Shown piece after piece: positions 40,940 through 51,854 of a stretch of 64,000 nt of DNA. Source of the DNA: Chamaesiphon sp. GTDB lineage: Bacteria; Cyanobacteriota; Cyanobacteriia; Cyanobacteriales; Chamaesiphonaceae. The notes under the pieces were generated by a model. The model saw nothing but the letters and a program-made list of their open reading frames with translations. It ran no database searches and was not told where the DNA came from. The stretch covers positions 256,001 through 320,000 of the forward strand of contig CBDFFH010000015.1 in NCBI GenBank assembly GCA_965246715.1. The letters run 5' to 3'. Position 1 is the stretch's first letter, and every line of letters begins with the position of its first letter. The position numbers were made by a program, and so were the translations under genes.

Positions 40940-41632
40940 ATGTTTACAGGACTAGTCCAATCGCTGGGAAATTTGCGCCTTTTGACCGAGGACAAGTTGG
41001 AAGTTTTGTGCGTGCCACCAGACTCAGAGCTAATTTTAACAGATTTGAGGATTGGAGATAGTGTATCAGTAGATGGGGCGTGTTTGACAGTAGAACAAAT
41101 TTTACCACAAGGTTTTATCGCTTCTATTTCTCCTGAAACTTTAGATCGGACAACGATCGGTCAGCGCGCTCGAACAGCAACTCATGTAAATTTAGAAACA
41201 TCACTCCGTGTTGGTGGCAAAATCGGCGGTCATTTTGTTACCGGACATATCGACGGCGTAGGAAGATCGATCTCGGCTACGTCAACAGCAACTTCTTGGG
41301 AACTGCGGTTTGCTGCACCCCTAAATCTAACTCAACAGTGGTCGGATTATATCAGTCACTATTTAGTATCGAAAGGAAGTATTGCAGTTAATGGTGTGAG
41401 TTTGACAATTGCTGACTGCGATCCGGCGGGAAGTTGGTTTACAGTAGCGGTGATTCCACATACTTACACTCATACAAATCTGTCCGAACTCAAACCTGAT
41501 GAATGGGTAAATTTAGAAGTAGATATATTAGGTAAATATGTCGAGAAAATGCTGCGGGGTTCGTCACATTCTCGATCGCGCGATCGATCGCCGATTACCA
41601 CGGACTTTTTAATCGCCAATGGCTATCAGTAG
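40940..41632 (+). CDS. ribE: Riboflavin synthase (alpha chain)
   Basis: MFTGL, GGHFVTGHIDG, GSIAVNGVSLT and VNLEVDILGKY motifs. Confidence 0.95.
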   Translation: MFTGLVQSLGNLRLLTEDKLEVLCVPPDSELILTDLRIGDSVSVDGACLTVEQILPQGFIASISPETLDRTTIGQRARTATHVNLETSLRVGGKIGGHFVTGHIDGVGRSISATSTATSWELRFAAPLNLTQQWSDYISHYLVSKGSIAVNGVSLTIADCDPAGSWFTVAVIPHTYTHTNLSELKPDEWVNLEVDILGKYVEKMLRGSSHSRSRDRSPITTDFLIANGYQ

Positions 41633-42050
41633 TCGATCGGTGACAGGTCGCCATCGCTGCGATGCGTCTACAGCTAGAAACTAACAGAATCCGACTGCAA
41701 CCGCTTGTTTTTTCCTTTGCTAAAGGCTAAATTTATCGGCTCTGCAGCCGCTCTAGATTAAGATCTTACAACAAATTTGAATTTAGGGATCGCTAATTTT
41801 TAAGTTGCAGATCGATGCTTTTGTCGGGAACTCATGGCATTAAAATTGAGACGATCGAACCGTACAGATCCAGGCTATTTCACTCGATCGACACTGTCTA
41901 GAATCTAGTTGACATGAATTTTGTAACGTATTGTAGGTTTCGGTTTGTATGGTGGGTACTACCCATAGTATAGACTAAGCAATTAACTAACAGATCTATA
42001 ACTATTTTTGATATACTGCGATCGTCAGCAAACAAATCTCATTACGCTAC

Positions 42051-42290
42051 AACCCACATTCCGCTAGTTGGGGAGCGGTAAAAATAATTAAGAATTTGGT
42101 GCAGGGAGAAGATAGTAGCGACGACAAGAATGACTGAAAAACTGTAAGATATGCAGTCGGTCGTCGGTCAAATTAACAACTTGTTGAACACTCTGAAAAA
42201 CGACCAGATGGACAGTCATAAAAAACTGAAAAACCCATCTGAGAGTTGGAGAGGATGTCGGTTTGCCCAATTGATTGGGAATTGTCTCAT
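42051..42290 (-). mobile_element. IS1634-family remnant (transposase C-terminus plus terminal repeat)
   Basis: ETIPNQLGKPTSSPTLRWVFQ..NLTDDRLHILQFF..RRYY resembles cyanobacterial IS1634 transposase C-termini; end aacccacattccgct at 42051. Confidence 0.75.
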
Positions 42291-42644
42291 ATCGATCGTG
42301 GTTTTGCCTAGCTTTCTTGCTAGATTTACGAGGCTCTTAAGAGCTGCCAGTCGCAAGTTGAAAGTAGATGGTGAGAGCTGACGCTCGATCAAATGGCGGC
42401 GGTAGGAGAAGACCAGATCGAGAGCGGCATAGCGATCGAGCGATAGAAACGTAGCGATCGTCTCTGGAGTCGCGGGGGTAGAGTAAGCGAACTGACAGAA
42501 ATAATCGATCGCCTTGATATATTTATCCCTAGTGCTATCGGCAATATCGAGTTTTGACAACTCGTTCCACAGGCTATTTTCTGCCACAACAGCGAGATTA
42601 ATCGCGGGGGACAGGAGTTCGATTTTAAAATCTCGTACTTGCAT
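42291..42644 (-). pseudogene. Tyrosine recombinase/integrase N-terminal fragment
   Basis: STRDKY..FC.F..LSPSTFNLRLAALKSLV.LARKLG (SAM-like core-binding domain); catalytic domain is replaced by IS1634 sequence. Confidence 0.7.
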
Positions 42645-42926
42645 TCAACTTTCCTCAATCCGATCGAAACAAGACAACTCCGAATGAGGAATCAAGATCC
42701 AATCATCGTCTGAATCAATTACTACAACTTCATCGACCCGTTCTTGCTTAATAATAAATCGATCCCCTTTTTGGTATTGAGAGCCTTCATGTTTGCCATA
42801 AGGCGATCTATATACCTCATAAAGACAATGAGAATCATCCGTGGCTCGGGCACAGATCGGGACTTTAGCGACAAGAATAGATTCAATATCCTTAGTTTCA
42901 CTATTCCCATCGTCGATCGATTTCAT
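42645..42926 (-). CDS. Small acidic hypothetical protein
   Basis: 93-aa ORF packed tightly between the TPR protease and the integrase fragment. Confidence 0.5.
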   Translation of the reverse strand: MKSIDDGNSETKDIESILVAKVPICARATDDSHCLYEVYRSPYGKHEGSQYQKGDRFIIKQERVDEVVVIDSDDDWILIPHSELSCFDRIEES

Positions 42927-42928
42927 GA

Positions 42929-45055
42929 CTACTCCCCTACCCCTAACAACTGTAAAGCTTGAAGCGTAAGTTTCAAGTAGCTAAAATTACTCTGTGCCCG
43001 CGCGAGTTTAGCCGCTTGGCGTATATCGGCAATTCCACCAGATTTGTCACCAAGTTTTGTACATTTCAGTTCTCCTCTTGCGCCATAAGCATTGGCAAAT
43101 TGAGCATTGAGTGCGATCGCTCGGTCGTAGTCAGACAGAGCACCTTGAGGATTGTTGAGTTTATACTGCTTCATGTTGCCGCGATTAAAGTATGCTGCGG
43201 CAAATTTAGGTTCGAGTGCGATCGCCCGTTCGTAGTCAGCTACAGCACCCTTGGTGTTATTCAACTTATCCTGTTTCAAAAATCCACGATTGTTGTAAGC
43301 CTCGGCAAATTGAGAATTGAGTGAGATCGCACGGTCGAAGTCAACTAAAGCACCATTGGGGTCATTGAATTTGCCAGCTTTGAGTTTACCGCGATTGTTG
43401 TAAGGCTCGGCAAATTGAGAATTGAGTGAGATCGCACGGTCGAAGTCAGCTAAAGCACCCTGCGTGTCATTGAACTTGCCAGCTTTCAGATAGCCGCGAC
43501 TGTTATAGGCAAGAAAATTTTTAGGATCGAGTGAGATCGCTTCGTTGAAGTCAGCTAAAGCACCATTGGGGTCATTGAGTTTATATCTTACCTTGCCGCG
43601 ATTGTTATAGATTGCAGAAATTTTGGGATCGAGTGAGATCGCTTCGTTGAAGTCAGCTAAAGCACCTGGGAGGTCATTGAGTTTATAATCCTTTAGATAG
43701 CCGCGATTATTATAGGCAAAGGTATATTTAGGATCGAGTGTAATCGCTCGATTGAAGTCGTTTAATGCACTCTGTGTGTCGTTGATTTTATTAACCTTGA
43801 GACTGCCGCGATTGTTATAAGCTGGAGCAAGATTGGGAGCGAGCGCGATTGCGCGGTCGAAGTCAGCTAAAGCACCTTGGGTGTCATTGAGTTTATCAAC
43901 CTTCACATAGCCACGATTGAGGTATGTAGAGGCAGTTTGAGGATTGAGAGCAATCGCGCGGTCGAAGTCAACTAAAGCACCATTGGGGTCGTTGAGTCTG
44001 AGAGCCTTCAGATTGCCGCGATTGTAGTAAGCGGCGGCAAATTTAGGGTCGAGTGCGATCGCCCGATCGTAGTCAGCTAGAGCTAGTCGGGCTTCTTGTA
44101 ACTGGTAGTAAGTAAAAGCTCGTTGGTAATAAGCAATCACATACCTGGGCTTCATCTTAATTGCTTGACTAAACTCGCCAATTGCTAGCCGCTTGCCAGC
44201 CAATATATCAGTCCCCGGCTCCACTAATTTGTTAAAACCAGTAATAAAATGCTCGTCAGCACTACTAGCTGCTGTCTGTCCTAAATTCACTGGTTGACGA
44301 TTGCCTAATTTGATGCCAAGCTCTACTAAACCTTGGACTACCCACTTGATTGGAATACCTCGGTTATACCCAATCTTGCTACCTAATTCTGGTTTAGCGA
44401 TAGAAATAATAGATTCTAATTGGGTATTATCTTGGTACCGCTCTCCCTGACCGTGAATTGCCACTAGCAGTCCGTCCTGGTTAAAGACCCCACCCCCACT
44501 CATCCCTGGCTGAGTCTGGGCATCATAAATCACCGTATAGCCGCCTCGGTCTTCAGTCAGGCGTTTATCGACCACAGCAATTGCCAATCCAGCATTGAAC
44601 GAGAATCCTGGCTGCTCGGCGGGATAACCAGAGGTGTAGACAGCATCCTCTACCTTCAAACTTCCAGGCTCAGCAACTATCGCCACAGGATAACCGCGAT
44701 CGCTCCGAAATTGAACGATCGCCAAATCTAAACCATCACCCAACAGCTTCACAGACTTAGCAGAAACTTGGTACTTTTGCCCGTCGCCCAGCTTCACTGT
44801 ATATGTTTCCCCTGCTGGTGGTGTTTTACATTTCCTAGTTTGACCGCAGACAACATGACGATTGGTGACGAGGGTGTATAAATCGCCCTGACGCTCAACA
44901 ATAATCCCCGATCCGACTGTCTCAGCCTGAAGTAACCTAATTTCCACTGTCACGGCTCTGGCGATCGCTTCGATCTCGGCTGGAGTTTTAGCAGTAGCGA
45001 TATCTGCATAACAAACTATTGCGACGGTCAAACCGAGAATTGGTAGATATTTCAT
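42929..45055 (-). CDS. Secreted trypsin-like serine protease with TPR array
   Basis: Signal peptide; TNRH, DLA and GMSGG triad; about 12 near-identical ~35-aa TPRs (AYNNRG..ALADFDRAI.L). Confidence 0.9.
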   Translation of the reverse strand: MKYLPILGLTVAIVCYADIATAKTPAEIEAIARAVTVEIRLLQAETVGSGIIVERQGDLYTLVTNRHVVCGQTRKCKTPPAGETYTVKLGDGQKYQVSAKSVKLLGDGLDLAIVQFRSDRGYPVAIVAEPGSLKVEDAVYTSGYPAEQPGFSFNAGLAIAVVDKRLTEDRGGYTVIYDAQTQPGMSGGGVFNQDGLLVAIHGQGERYQDNTQLESIISIAKPELGSKIGYNRGIPIKWVVQGLVELGIKLGNRQPVNLGQTAASSADEHFITGFNKLVEPGTDILAGKRLAIGEFSQAIKMKPRYVIAYYQRAFTYYQLQEARLALADYDRAIALDPKFAAAYYNRGNLKALRLNDPNGALVDFDRAIALNPQTASTYLNRGYVKVDKLNDTQGALADFDRAIALAPNLAPAYNNRGSLKVNKINDTQSALNDFNRAITLDPKYTFAYNNRGYLKDYKLNDLPGALADFNEAISLDPKISAIYNNRGKVRYKLNDPNGALADFNEAISLDPKNFLAYNSRGYLKAGKFNDTQGALADFDRAISLNSQFAEPYNNRGKLKAGKFNDPNGALVDFDRAISLNSQFAEAYNNRGFLKQDKLNNTKGAVADYERAIALEPKFAAAYFNRGNMKQYKLNNPQGALSDYDRAIALNAQFANAYGARGELKCTKLGDKSGGIADIRQAAKLARAQSNFSYLKLTLQALQLLGVGE

Positions 45056-45425
45056 AACAGGATAGATGGCTTGTAAAATCTATAATAAGCTTCAGATTTT
45101 CCCCAGTAAAAATGTGTCGATCGCAATTTTATTCGACACTTTAACCGAAAAACAAGTGAAAACTCATTACAATTTATTAAATATTATTCGATTGTAGCAT
45201 AAATTATTCATCGCTTATTGAGTTAATTATAAAATCATCAGTATAAAAATTACCGTGATTAGACAAATAAAAGTTTCCCATTAACAGAGCTAACAGTAAC
45301 TCTCCCTTACTCAAGCAAGTCTTACTAGCTAAACTCTGAAAACTAGAAGACCCACCGTTAGCTCATAACAGATCGGAAATTGAACTCGTCCACCCTTCAA
45401 TATCTTCCTCATGCGCCAAGTCTAG

Positions 45426-45500
45426 AACCCACATTCCGCTATTTGGAGGGAGCATCAAGGAATTAAAATAGAAGCTCACCCAAACAGCGAAATGTGGGCT
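45426..45500. mobile_element. 75-bp IS1634-derived mini element
   Basis: aacccacattccgct..agcgaaatgtgggct (13/15 inverted match); left end identical to 42051. Confidence 0.65.
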
Positions 45501-45645
45501 ACAAAAATGAGCGATCTCTAACTTGTAAAATGCCAACATTATTATCTTTAGATCGTCGATATTATTGCCGACATGGTGTGGTGGGCACTGCCCCACCCTA
45601 CATATGATAAATTAATGAATTGGATCGATTATCTTCAAGTACAAT

Positions 45646-45675
45646 AAAAAAAGAGAAGGAAATTATTCCCCCTCT
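45646..45675 (-). terminator. Intrinsic terminator of rbcLXS
   Basis: Minus strand AGAGGGGGAA-TAAT-TTCCTTCTCT-TTTTTT. Confidence 0.65.
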
Positions 45676-45732
45676 GTGCAGATTAGTTCGATCGAAGTAA
45701 CGATCGAACCGATAAATATTAGTAGCTGACTA

Positions 45733-46053
45733 CTATGGTTTGTGAACGATAAAGCTCAATACTTGGCATTGTTTGATGTTGTCAAAACCGATGACACGAA
45801 CGAAACAATGACCGTACTCACTGCGGCAAGAACGAACTTCGTTCAATACTTCAGTAGTAGTGGTAGCACTGAACAAGGGTAACTTCCACAATGTCCAGTA
45901 GTGCTGTGTGGGTTCGGATTGTTCGCTGAACTCAATTGCCGGAATATATCCTTGATCGAGAATATATTGAACCTGTTTAGCGATCTGAGCGTCGCTCAAA
46001 GGAGGCAAGAACGAGAAGGTCTCAAACCGACGAATCTTAGGTAAAGTTTGCAT
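45733..46053 (-). CDS. rbcS: RuBisCO small subunit (form IB)
   Basis: [22 protein letters not shown] and GFDNIKQCQ motifs. Confidence 0.97.
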   Translation of the reverse strand: MQTLPKIRRFETFSFLPPLSDAQIAKQVQYILDQGYIPAIEFSEQSEPTQHYWTLWKLPLFSATTTTEVLNEVRSCRSEYGHCFVRVIGFDNIKQCQVLSFIVHKP

Positions 46054-46128
46054 TGTCTGGTTGCTCTACGGCTAAATATAGTTAAATATCAGATTGGCTA
46101 TTTATAACGTAGCGATACGGTTTATAAG

Positions 46129-46509
46129 TTACTCTGACGATGGGTTTAGATTGCTGTTGGGTTCGGTAATGGAAAGTTGCGTGAGTTTCTCTAGCTGTTG
46201 ACGGCGATGCAGCATATTTTGGTGCTTGATCTCGTGACACATCATCTCTGGCAAATCATCAGCAATTTCTTCGACTAAATGCTCTCTTACCGTCATAATC
46301 CTGAAGGCTAACTCCTGGTTGTGTGACAGCAATGCTTGCAAATAGAGTTCGCCATCTTGGAGGATCTGTTGACCGGAAAAACTCCGCAGCCAAATTGCTA
46401 GTGGTGGATTATTTTCACTCAACTGAGTCAAAACAATCTGCATTGCTTGATAAGTCAAATAGCTAGAGATTACCTTAGAGGTATTTTTCGCAACTTGTTT
46501 TAGATCCAT
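46129..46509 (-). CDS. rbcX: RuBisCO assembly chaperone RbcX
   Basis: SYLTYQA..QLSENNP and RIMTVRE motifs; lies between rbcL and rbcS. Confidence 0.95.
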   Translation of the reverse strand: MDLKQVAKNTSKVISSYLTYQAMQIVLTQLSENNPPLAIWLRSFSGQQILQDGELYLQALLSHNQELAFRIMTVREHLVEEIADDLPEMMCHEIKHQNMLHRRQQLEKLTQLSITEPNSNLNPSSE

Positions 46510-46729
46510 TACCGTAAGTGTTGGGGTTAGGAATAGCGGTTGTTGACAGGTATTTATTACTACTATCCCCTATCTCGATCGCTTCTTGGTGCAACACACG
46601 CTGAGGAAACCTCAGCGCCTTTGGCGAAGCCACTCTGCGCATCGCTATCCACTATTCACTATCCACTGTCTTGAAAAGGTGCTCTACTTGGGGAAACCCC
46701 AAGACCGCACTTTTCGCTGTTCACTATTT

Positions 46730-48160
46730 CTACAGAGTATCCATTGCTTCAAATTCAAACTTAATCTCTTTCCAGAGTTCGAGTGCAGAAGCAAGTTCGG
46801 GAGACCATTTACCAGCTTCACGGAGGATATCGCCACCTTCACGCATGAGGTCGCGACCTTCGTTACGTCCTTGGATACAAGCTTCGAGTGCAACGCGGTT
46901 AGCAGTCGCACCAGGAGCGTTACCCCAAGGGTGACCAGCAGTACCACCACCAAATTGGAGGCAAGAGTCATCGCCGAAGATTTCGACGAGCGCTGGCATG
47001 TGCCATACGTGGATACCACCAGAAGCAACTGGGAAGACACCAGGCATGGAAGCCCAATCTTGGGTGAAGAAAATACCGCGCGAGCGATCTTCTTCGATGT
47101 AGTTTTCGCGCATCAGGTCTACAAAACCCATAGTGATGCCTTTTTCGCCTTCGAGTTTACCTACGACAGTACCGGAGTGAAGGTGGTCACCACCAGACAT
47201 CCGGAGACATTTCGCGAGAACGCGGAAGTGAATCCCGTGATTTTTTTGACGATCGATTACCGCGTGCATTGCGCGGTGAATGTGCAGGAGGAGACCATTA
47301 GCACGGCAATATTTAGCCAAGCTAGTGTTAGCAGTAAAACCACCAGTCAAGAAGTCATGCATAATGATCGGCGTGCCGATTTCTTTCGCGAATGCTGCAC
47401 GTTCCATCATTTCTTCAGAAGTAGGCGCAGTCACGTTGAGGTAGTGACCTTTAATTTCGCCAGTTTCTGCTTGAGCTTTCTCGATCGCTTCTTGAACGAA
47501 CAAGAATCTGTCGCGCCAGCGCATGAAGGGCTGAGAGTTGATGTTCTCATCGTCTTTGGTGAGGTCTAAACCACCACGAAGAACTTCATATACCGCACGA
47601 CCATAGTTTTTAGCGGACAGACCGAGCTTAGGTTTGATCGTACAACCTAACAACGGACGACCATATTTATTTAATTTATCTCGCTCTACGGTGATACCGT
47701 GAGGAGGACCTTGGAAGGTCTTAAGATAAGCAACCGGCACGCGGATGTCTTCTAACCGGAGCGAACGTAAGGCTTTGAAACCAAATACGTTACCCACCAA
47801 AGATGTTAAGAGGTTCGTTACAGAACCTTCTTCAAATAAATCTAAAGGATAAGCAATAAAGCAAAAATATTGATTAGACTCACCTTGGACGGGTTCGATA
47901 TGGTAACAACGACCTTTGTACCGATCGAGGTCGGTGAGCAGGTCTGTCCATACTGTCGTCCAGGTACCAGTGGAGGATTCAGCGGCTACGGCTGCGCCTG
48001 CTTCTTCTGCTGGTACTCCAGGCTGAGGACTCATCCGAAATGCTGCGAGCAGATCGGTATCTTTGGGAGTATAGTCCGGTGTGTAATAAGTCAAACGATA
48101 GTCTTGGACACCAGCTTTATAACCAGTGTTAGACTGAGTTTGAGTTTGCGCGTAAGCCAT
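46730..48160 (-). CDS. rbcL: RuBisCO large subunit (form IB)
   Basis: [10 protein letters not shown] and [11 protein letters not shown] motifs; 476 aa. Confidence 0.99.
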   Translation of the reverse strand: MAYAQTQTQSNTGYKAGVQDYRLTYYTPDYTPKDTDLLAAFRMSPQPGVPAEEAGAAVAAESSTGTWTTVWTDLLTDLDRYKGRCYHIEPVQGESNQYFCFIAYPLDLFEEGSVTNLLTSLVGNVFGFKALRSLRLEDIRVPVAYLKTFQGPPHGITVERDKLNKYGRPLLGCTIKPKLGLSAKNYGRAVYEVLRGGLDLTKDDENINSQPFMRWRDRFLFVQEAIEKAQAETGEIKGHYLNVTAPTSEEMMERAAFAKEIGTPIIMHDFLTGGFTANTSLAKYCRANGLLLHIHRAMHAVIDRQKNHGIHFRVLAKCLRMSGGDHLHSGTVVGKLEGEKGITMGFVDLMRENYIEEDRSRGIFFTQDWASMPGVFPVASGGIHVWHMPALVEIFGDDSCLQFGGGTAGHPWGNAPGATANRVALEACIQGRNEGRDLMREGGDILREAGKWSPELASALELWKEIKFEFEAMDTL

Positions 48161-48257
48161 AAATTTCTTACCTTCAGGAACCAGTTGACGTTTCTTATTC
48201 AGTTCATACTATATCAGTAAGTGTATTCGTTTTGGTTCCGATCTTTTTGTGAGAGTT

Positions 48258-48272
48258 ATAAGCTGATTTTAT
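48258..48272. promoter_or_regulatory. Candidate LysR-type (RbcR-like) operator upstream of rbcL
   Basis: ATAA-N7-TTAT (T-N11-A) dyad about 100 bp upstream of the rbcL ATG. Confidence 0.35.
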
Positions 48273-48354
48273 ATCGTTACCGCTGTAGGGATCGTCAAGT
48301 GGTTGGAGTGCAAGAGACTAAGCCAATCTACCGATCCCCGCGATCCCCAAACTA

Positions 48355-48392
48355 CAAAAAAAGTAGTTAGATATTTCGATCTAACTACTTTT
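48355..48392 (-). terminator. Intrinsic terminator after infC
   Basis: aaaagtagttagat-atttcg-atctaactactttt, with a T7 tract on the minus strand. Confidence 0.7.
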
Positions 48393-48493
48393 GAGAGGAT
48401 ATTCGCTCCCTATTTTAATCACTAGGTATTAGTACTTATTAAATGCGATCGGTCTGTTGCGATAACTCGACAGCACGGCATTTAATTAGAACT

Positions 48494-49036
48494 TTAGACT
48501 TTCTTTGGCGACAGTAACATCATCATATTACGGCCTTCTTTCTTGGGAAACTGCTGAACTTCAGCTACTTCCTTGAGGTCGTCGGCCATCCGCTTGAGCA
48601 CTTTTTCGGCGAGATCGCTATGTTGGATCTCGCGTCCGCGAAACGTAATCGTCGCCTTGACTTTATCGCCAGACTTGAGGAACCGATCGGCTTGAGTTAC
48701 CCGTACTTGGTAGTCATGTTCCTCGATCGTGTACCGCATTTTGACTTCTTTGACTTCAGCGGTATGCTGTTTCTTCTTCGCTTCGCGGGCTTTTTTCTCT
48801 AATTCAAACTTATACTTCCCGTAGTCCATAATCCGGCACACGGGGGGGTCAGCTTTGTCGCTGACTAGCACTAAATCTAGTCCGTTTTCATCCGCGATTG
48901 CCTGCGCCTCTTGCGGCGTGAGAATACCTAGTTGTTCGCCATCGGTACCGATGACCCGAATTTGGGGGAACCGAATCCGTTCGTTGATTTGAGGAAGATC
49001 GCGGGTGCGTCTTTTCTCGATGATGGGTGATTTAAT
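48494..49036 (-). CDS. infC: Translation initiation factor IF-3 (probable non-canonical ATT/ATC start)
   Basis: [20 protein letters not shown] and FRGRE motifs; no in-frame ATG near the conserved N-terminus. Confidence 0.93.
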   Translation of the reverse strand: MKSPIIEKRRTRDLPQINERIRFPQIRVIGTDGEQLGILTPQEAQAIADENGLDLVLVSDKADPPVCRIMDYGKYKFELEKKAREAKKKQHTAEVKEVKMRYTIEEHDYQVRVTQADRFLKSGDKVKATITFRGREIQHSDLAEKVLKRMADDLKEVAEVQQFPKKEGRNMMMLLSPKKV

Positions 49037-49357
49037 AGGAATGGGAGTTTCTGGTGGGTAAGTGGTATGGTTATCCTCAATCGCAGTTAGCTGCAAAATC
49101 GGTCTAAACTTGAAATAACTTTGAAAGTTATTTAGTTTTAGCTACTTTTATTTTACCCAAGTTTTGAATGGATTGATATGAAGTTTTATATTTTTTAAGC
49201 TTAAAATTACATTAAGAGGGTAGTAGCTAGCCGCTTGATTGAAAAGTTGTGTAACAAAGCATTCGCCAATAGCAATCCGCTGCACTCGGTACTCGATCGA
49301 GCAGAATTACGCCTCATCTTAACTGCCCACTAACCACTAACCACCAGCCACTAAATT

Positions 49358-50326
49358 ATGCAGACTTGGCACCAAAAAGTAGGGAATCAACGAGATTGGG
49401 TGTGGCGCGGTTGGCAAACTCGATACACTTATTTGCGGAGCGAGCCGCGATTGCCAACGCAACCCCCAGTGTTATTAATTCATGGCTTTGGTGCGTCGAT
49501 CGGGCATTGGCAGCACAATTTAGAATTTCTGGCCGCTCGGCATTCAGTGTATGGCTTGGATCTCGTTGGCTGGGGCGGCTCGCGCAAGCCAGATATTAAG
49601 TATGATATCGATTTGTGGGTCGAGCAAGTCCACGATTTTTGGCAAACCTTTATCGGTCGTCCGACGATCCTCATCGGCAATTCGATCGGGTCTTTGGTGG
49701 CACTAGTTGCCGCAGCAAGATATCCAGAGATGGCGGCTAATCTAGTCATGGTCAGTCTGCCGGATTTATCCGCCGAACAGGAGCTGATTCCCAAACCGAT
49801 TCAGCCATTAGTCAATGGGATCAAGCGAGTTATTCTCAATCCCCCTTTACTGCATACGTTATTCAAATTCGTCAGTCGTCCCAAGGTCGCGCGTAAATGG
49901 GCGCAAATTGCCTATGCTAATCCCGATCGAGTCACCGATGAATTAGTCGATTTATTCCTGACTCCAGCGCGCGAGCGGGAAGCTCCAGCGGCATTTGTGA
50001 GAATTATGCAGGGGATGACGAGCAGTAATTTCTCGCCCAATATCCGCCAACTTTTACCCAGCATGAAAATTCCCATGCTGTTAATTTGGGGTGTCCAAGA
50101 TCGCATGATCCCGCCGCAGACTGCGAAGATCCTGCTGACATTAAATCCGTTACTAAAATTAATCGATCTCGAATCAGCCGGACATTGCGCGCATGACGAG
50201 CTGCCAGATGAAGTAAATCAGATCGTTCGTAACTGGCTGGATACACCACCGCCAGCACCGGGTCAACTGGCCGCAGCGAGCGATATTGCCGATGAGCCAC
50301 AGTTGCTCGTCGAATCCCGATCGTAA
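49358..50326 (+). CDS. Alpha/beta hydrolase
   Basis: HGFGAS, GNSIG nucleophile and AGHCAHDE motifs. Confidence 0.9.
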   Translation: MQTWHQKVGNQRDWVWRGWQTRYTYLRSEPRLPTQPPVLLIHGFGASIGHWQHNLEFLAARHSVYGLDLVGWGGSRKPDIKYDIDLWVEQVHDFWQTFIGRPTILIGNSIGSLVALVAAARYPEMAANLVMVSLPDLSAEQELIPKPIQPLVNGIKRVILNPPLLHTLFKFVSRPKVARKWAQIAYANPDRVTDELVDLFLTPAREREAPAAFVRIMQGMTSSNFSPNIRQLLPSMKIPMLLIWGVQDRMIPPQTAKILLTLNPLLKLIDLESAGHCAHDELPDEVNQIVRNWLDTPPPAPGQLAAASDIADEPQLLVESRS

Positions 50327-50472
50327 ATGGAGGATCGATCGCCAATTCAAAACCCACGCATTGACTCGTTGAGAGCAAATGCGTGGGTGAAAATTCGATG
50401 TAAGTAAATTTTATCGATAGTTGGAGCGGTTTCAGAATCGTCAACTAATCCCTAACACCGAACCCCTAGTCT

Positions 50473-50823
50473 CTACCCAACGGTTACTTGGTCGATGTTG
50501 ACATCAGTAGCACCAGAAACGCCACTAGCTAGCTCGACCATCTTGTCGAGGATGTCTTGGCTGGGGACAGAACCTTTTAAGACAACGCTGCCACCAGTCT
50601 GGGCAACCCAGAGCGTATCGACATCAGTGACGGATGCTTCTTCGTCGAAAGCAAGTGCGACTCTTTTAGCCAAACCGCTTTGGTCGTATTCGCCACTTAA
50701 GCCCATCCGTTCGGGTGCAACTTCACCACCAGTTTCGGGGTCGGTTGCTTCAGCTGCGGGGGCTGGATTGACCTCAGCATCTGCTGGTTTTTCCATGCCA
50801 AACAATTTTTTTAAGAAACCCAC
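50473..50823 (-). CDS. BON-domain (phospholipid-binding) protein
   Basis: GEYDQSGLAKRVALAFD..WVAQTG..VVLKG. Confidence 0.8.
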   Translation of the reverse strand: MGFLKKLFGMEKPADAEVNPAPAAEATDPETGGEVAPERMGLSGEYDQSGLAKRVALAFDEEASVTDVDTLWVAQTGGSVVLKGSVPSQDILDKMVELASGVSGATDVNIDQVTVG

Positions 50824-50992
50824 GATTGCAATACTCCAATCTAAGAAAATACTCGTTACCCATTATGCTAGGTATTCTGAGCCAATAACGCAGATGACTA
50901 CAAAATTTTTAAGATTTTGTGACAATCCTAATTGTGAGAGAATATAAGGCTGTGTCTAAATAGTAGCCGATCGTTAGCAAAACTTACGTAAG

Positions 50993-51496
50993 ATGAAACA
51001 TACTCTATCTGTTTTGGTTGAAGATGAAGCTGGGGTGCTGACTCGAATTGCCGGATTATTTGCACGTCGGGGATTTAATATCGAAAGTCTGGCGGTCGGG
51101 CCTGCGGAACAGGATGGGAGATCGCGGGTAACGATGGTGGTCGATGGTGACGAGCAAACGATCGAGCAATTAACTAAACAGTTATACAAGCTCGTCAATA
51201 TTCTGAAGGTCTTAGATATTACGGACATTCCTTGTGTCGAACGCGAATTGATGTTGCTCAAGGTCAACGCCAATAGTACCAATCGATCGGAGATCGTCGA
51301 GCTGGCGACGATTTTTCGGGCGCGGGTAGTCGATGTCGCTGAAGATTCCCTAACGTTAGAAGTTGTCGGCGATCCTGGTAAAATCGTGGCGATCGTCCAA
51401 GTCCTCCAAAAATTTGGGATTAAGGAAATCGCTCGCACGGGGAAAGTGGCATTGTCAAGAGAATCAAAAGTTAATACCGAGTCGTTGAAATTATAG
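50993..51496 (+). CDS. ilvN: Acetolactate synthase small subunit
   Basis: [23 protein letters not shown] and EIARTG motifs. Confidence 0.96.
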   Translation: MKHTLSVLVEDEAGVLTRIAGLFARRGFNIESLAVGPAEQDGRSRVTMVVDGDEQTIEQLTKQLYKLVNILKVLDITDIPCVERELMLLKVNANSTNRSEIVELATIFRARVVDVAEDSLTLEVVGDPGKIVAIVQVLQKFGIKEIARTGKVALSRESKVNTESLKL

Positions 51497-51854
51497 GCGA
51501 GGTAACTTCCTTCTGGGCAATGACAGTGCTATAATCGGAAACAATCGTAAAATAAACCTTAAGTTTATTTGCATAGTGCATCTGTTGATGCTGGAACTAT
51601 TATTCTTCAAGTAGTGCGCTCTATTACGCCATGCGCCAAACGCCTAGCCGTTTGTCTCATTGGTGCAGCCTCTGCCCGATCGGGTGGATCTCGAAGAGAA
51701 CGGAAAGATCCGCTCATCGCTCGCCAGCAATTGATAATCTGCTGGAGGTCAGTTTAGATTGACTTTGGCTAGAACTGACTGCCGAAGTTAGATTCTAGCA
51801 ATGCGATCGACAGATTCTGGCCAGTTTTTAGCATTTTAGCGAGCGTAAAATATT

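Noticed and set aside
43090..44100. Regular ~105-bp repeats as CRISPR or DGR
   Set aside because: They are in-frame TPR coding repeats; no reverse transcriptase is present.
46586..47569. 327-aa ORF on the + strand
   Set aside because: Antisense shadow of rbcL arising from codon bias; no independent motif.
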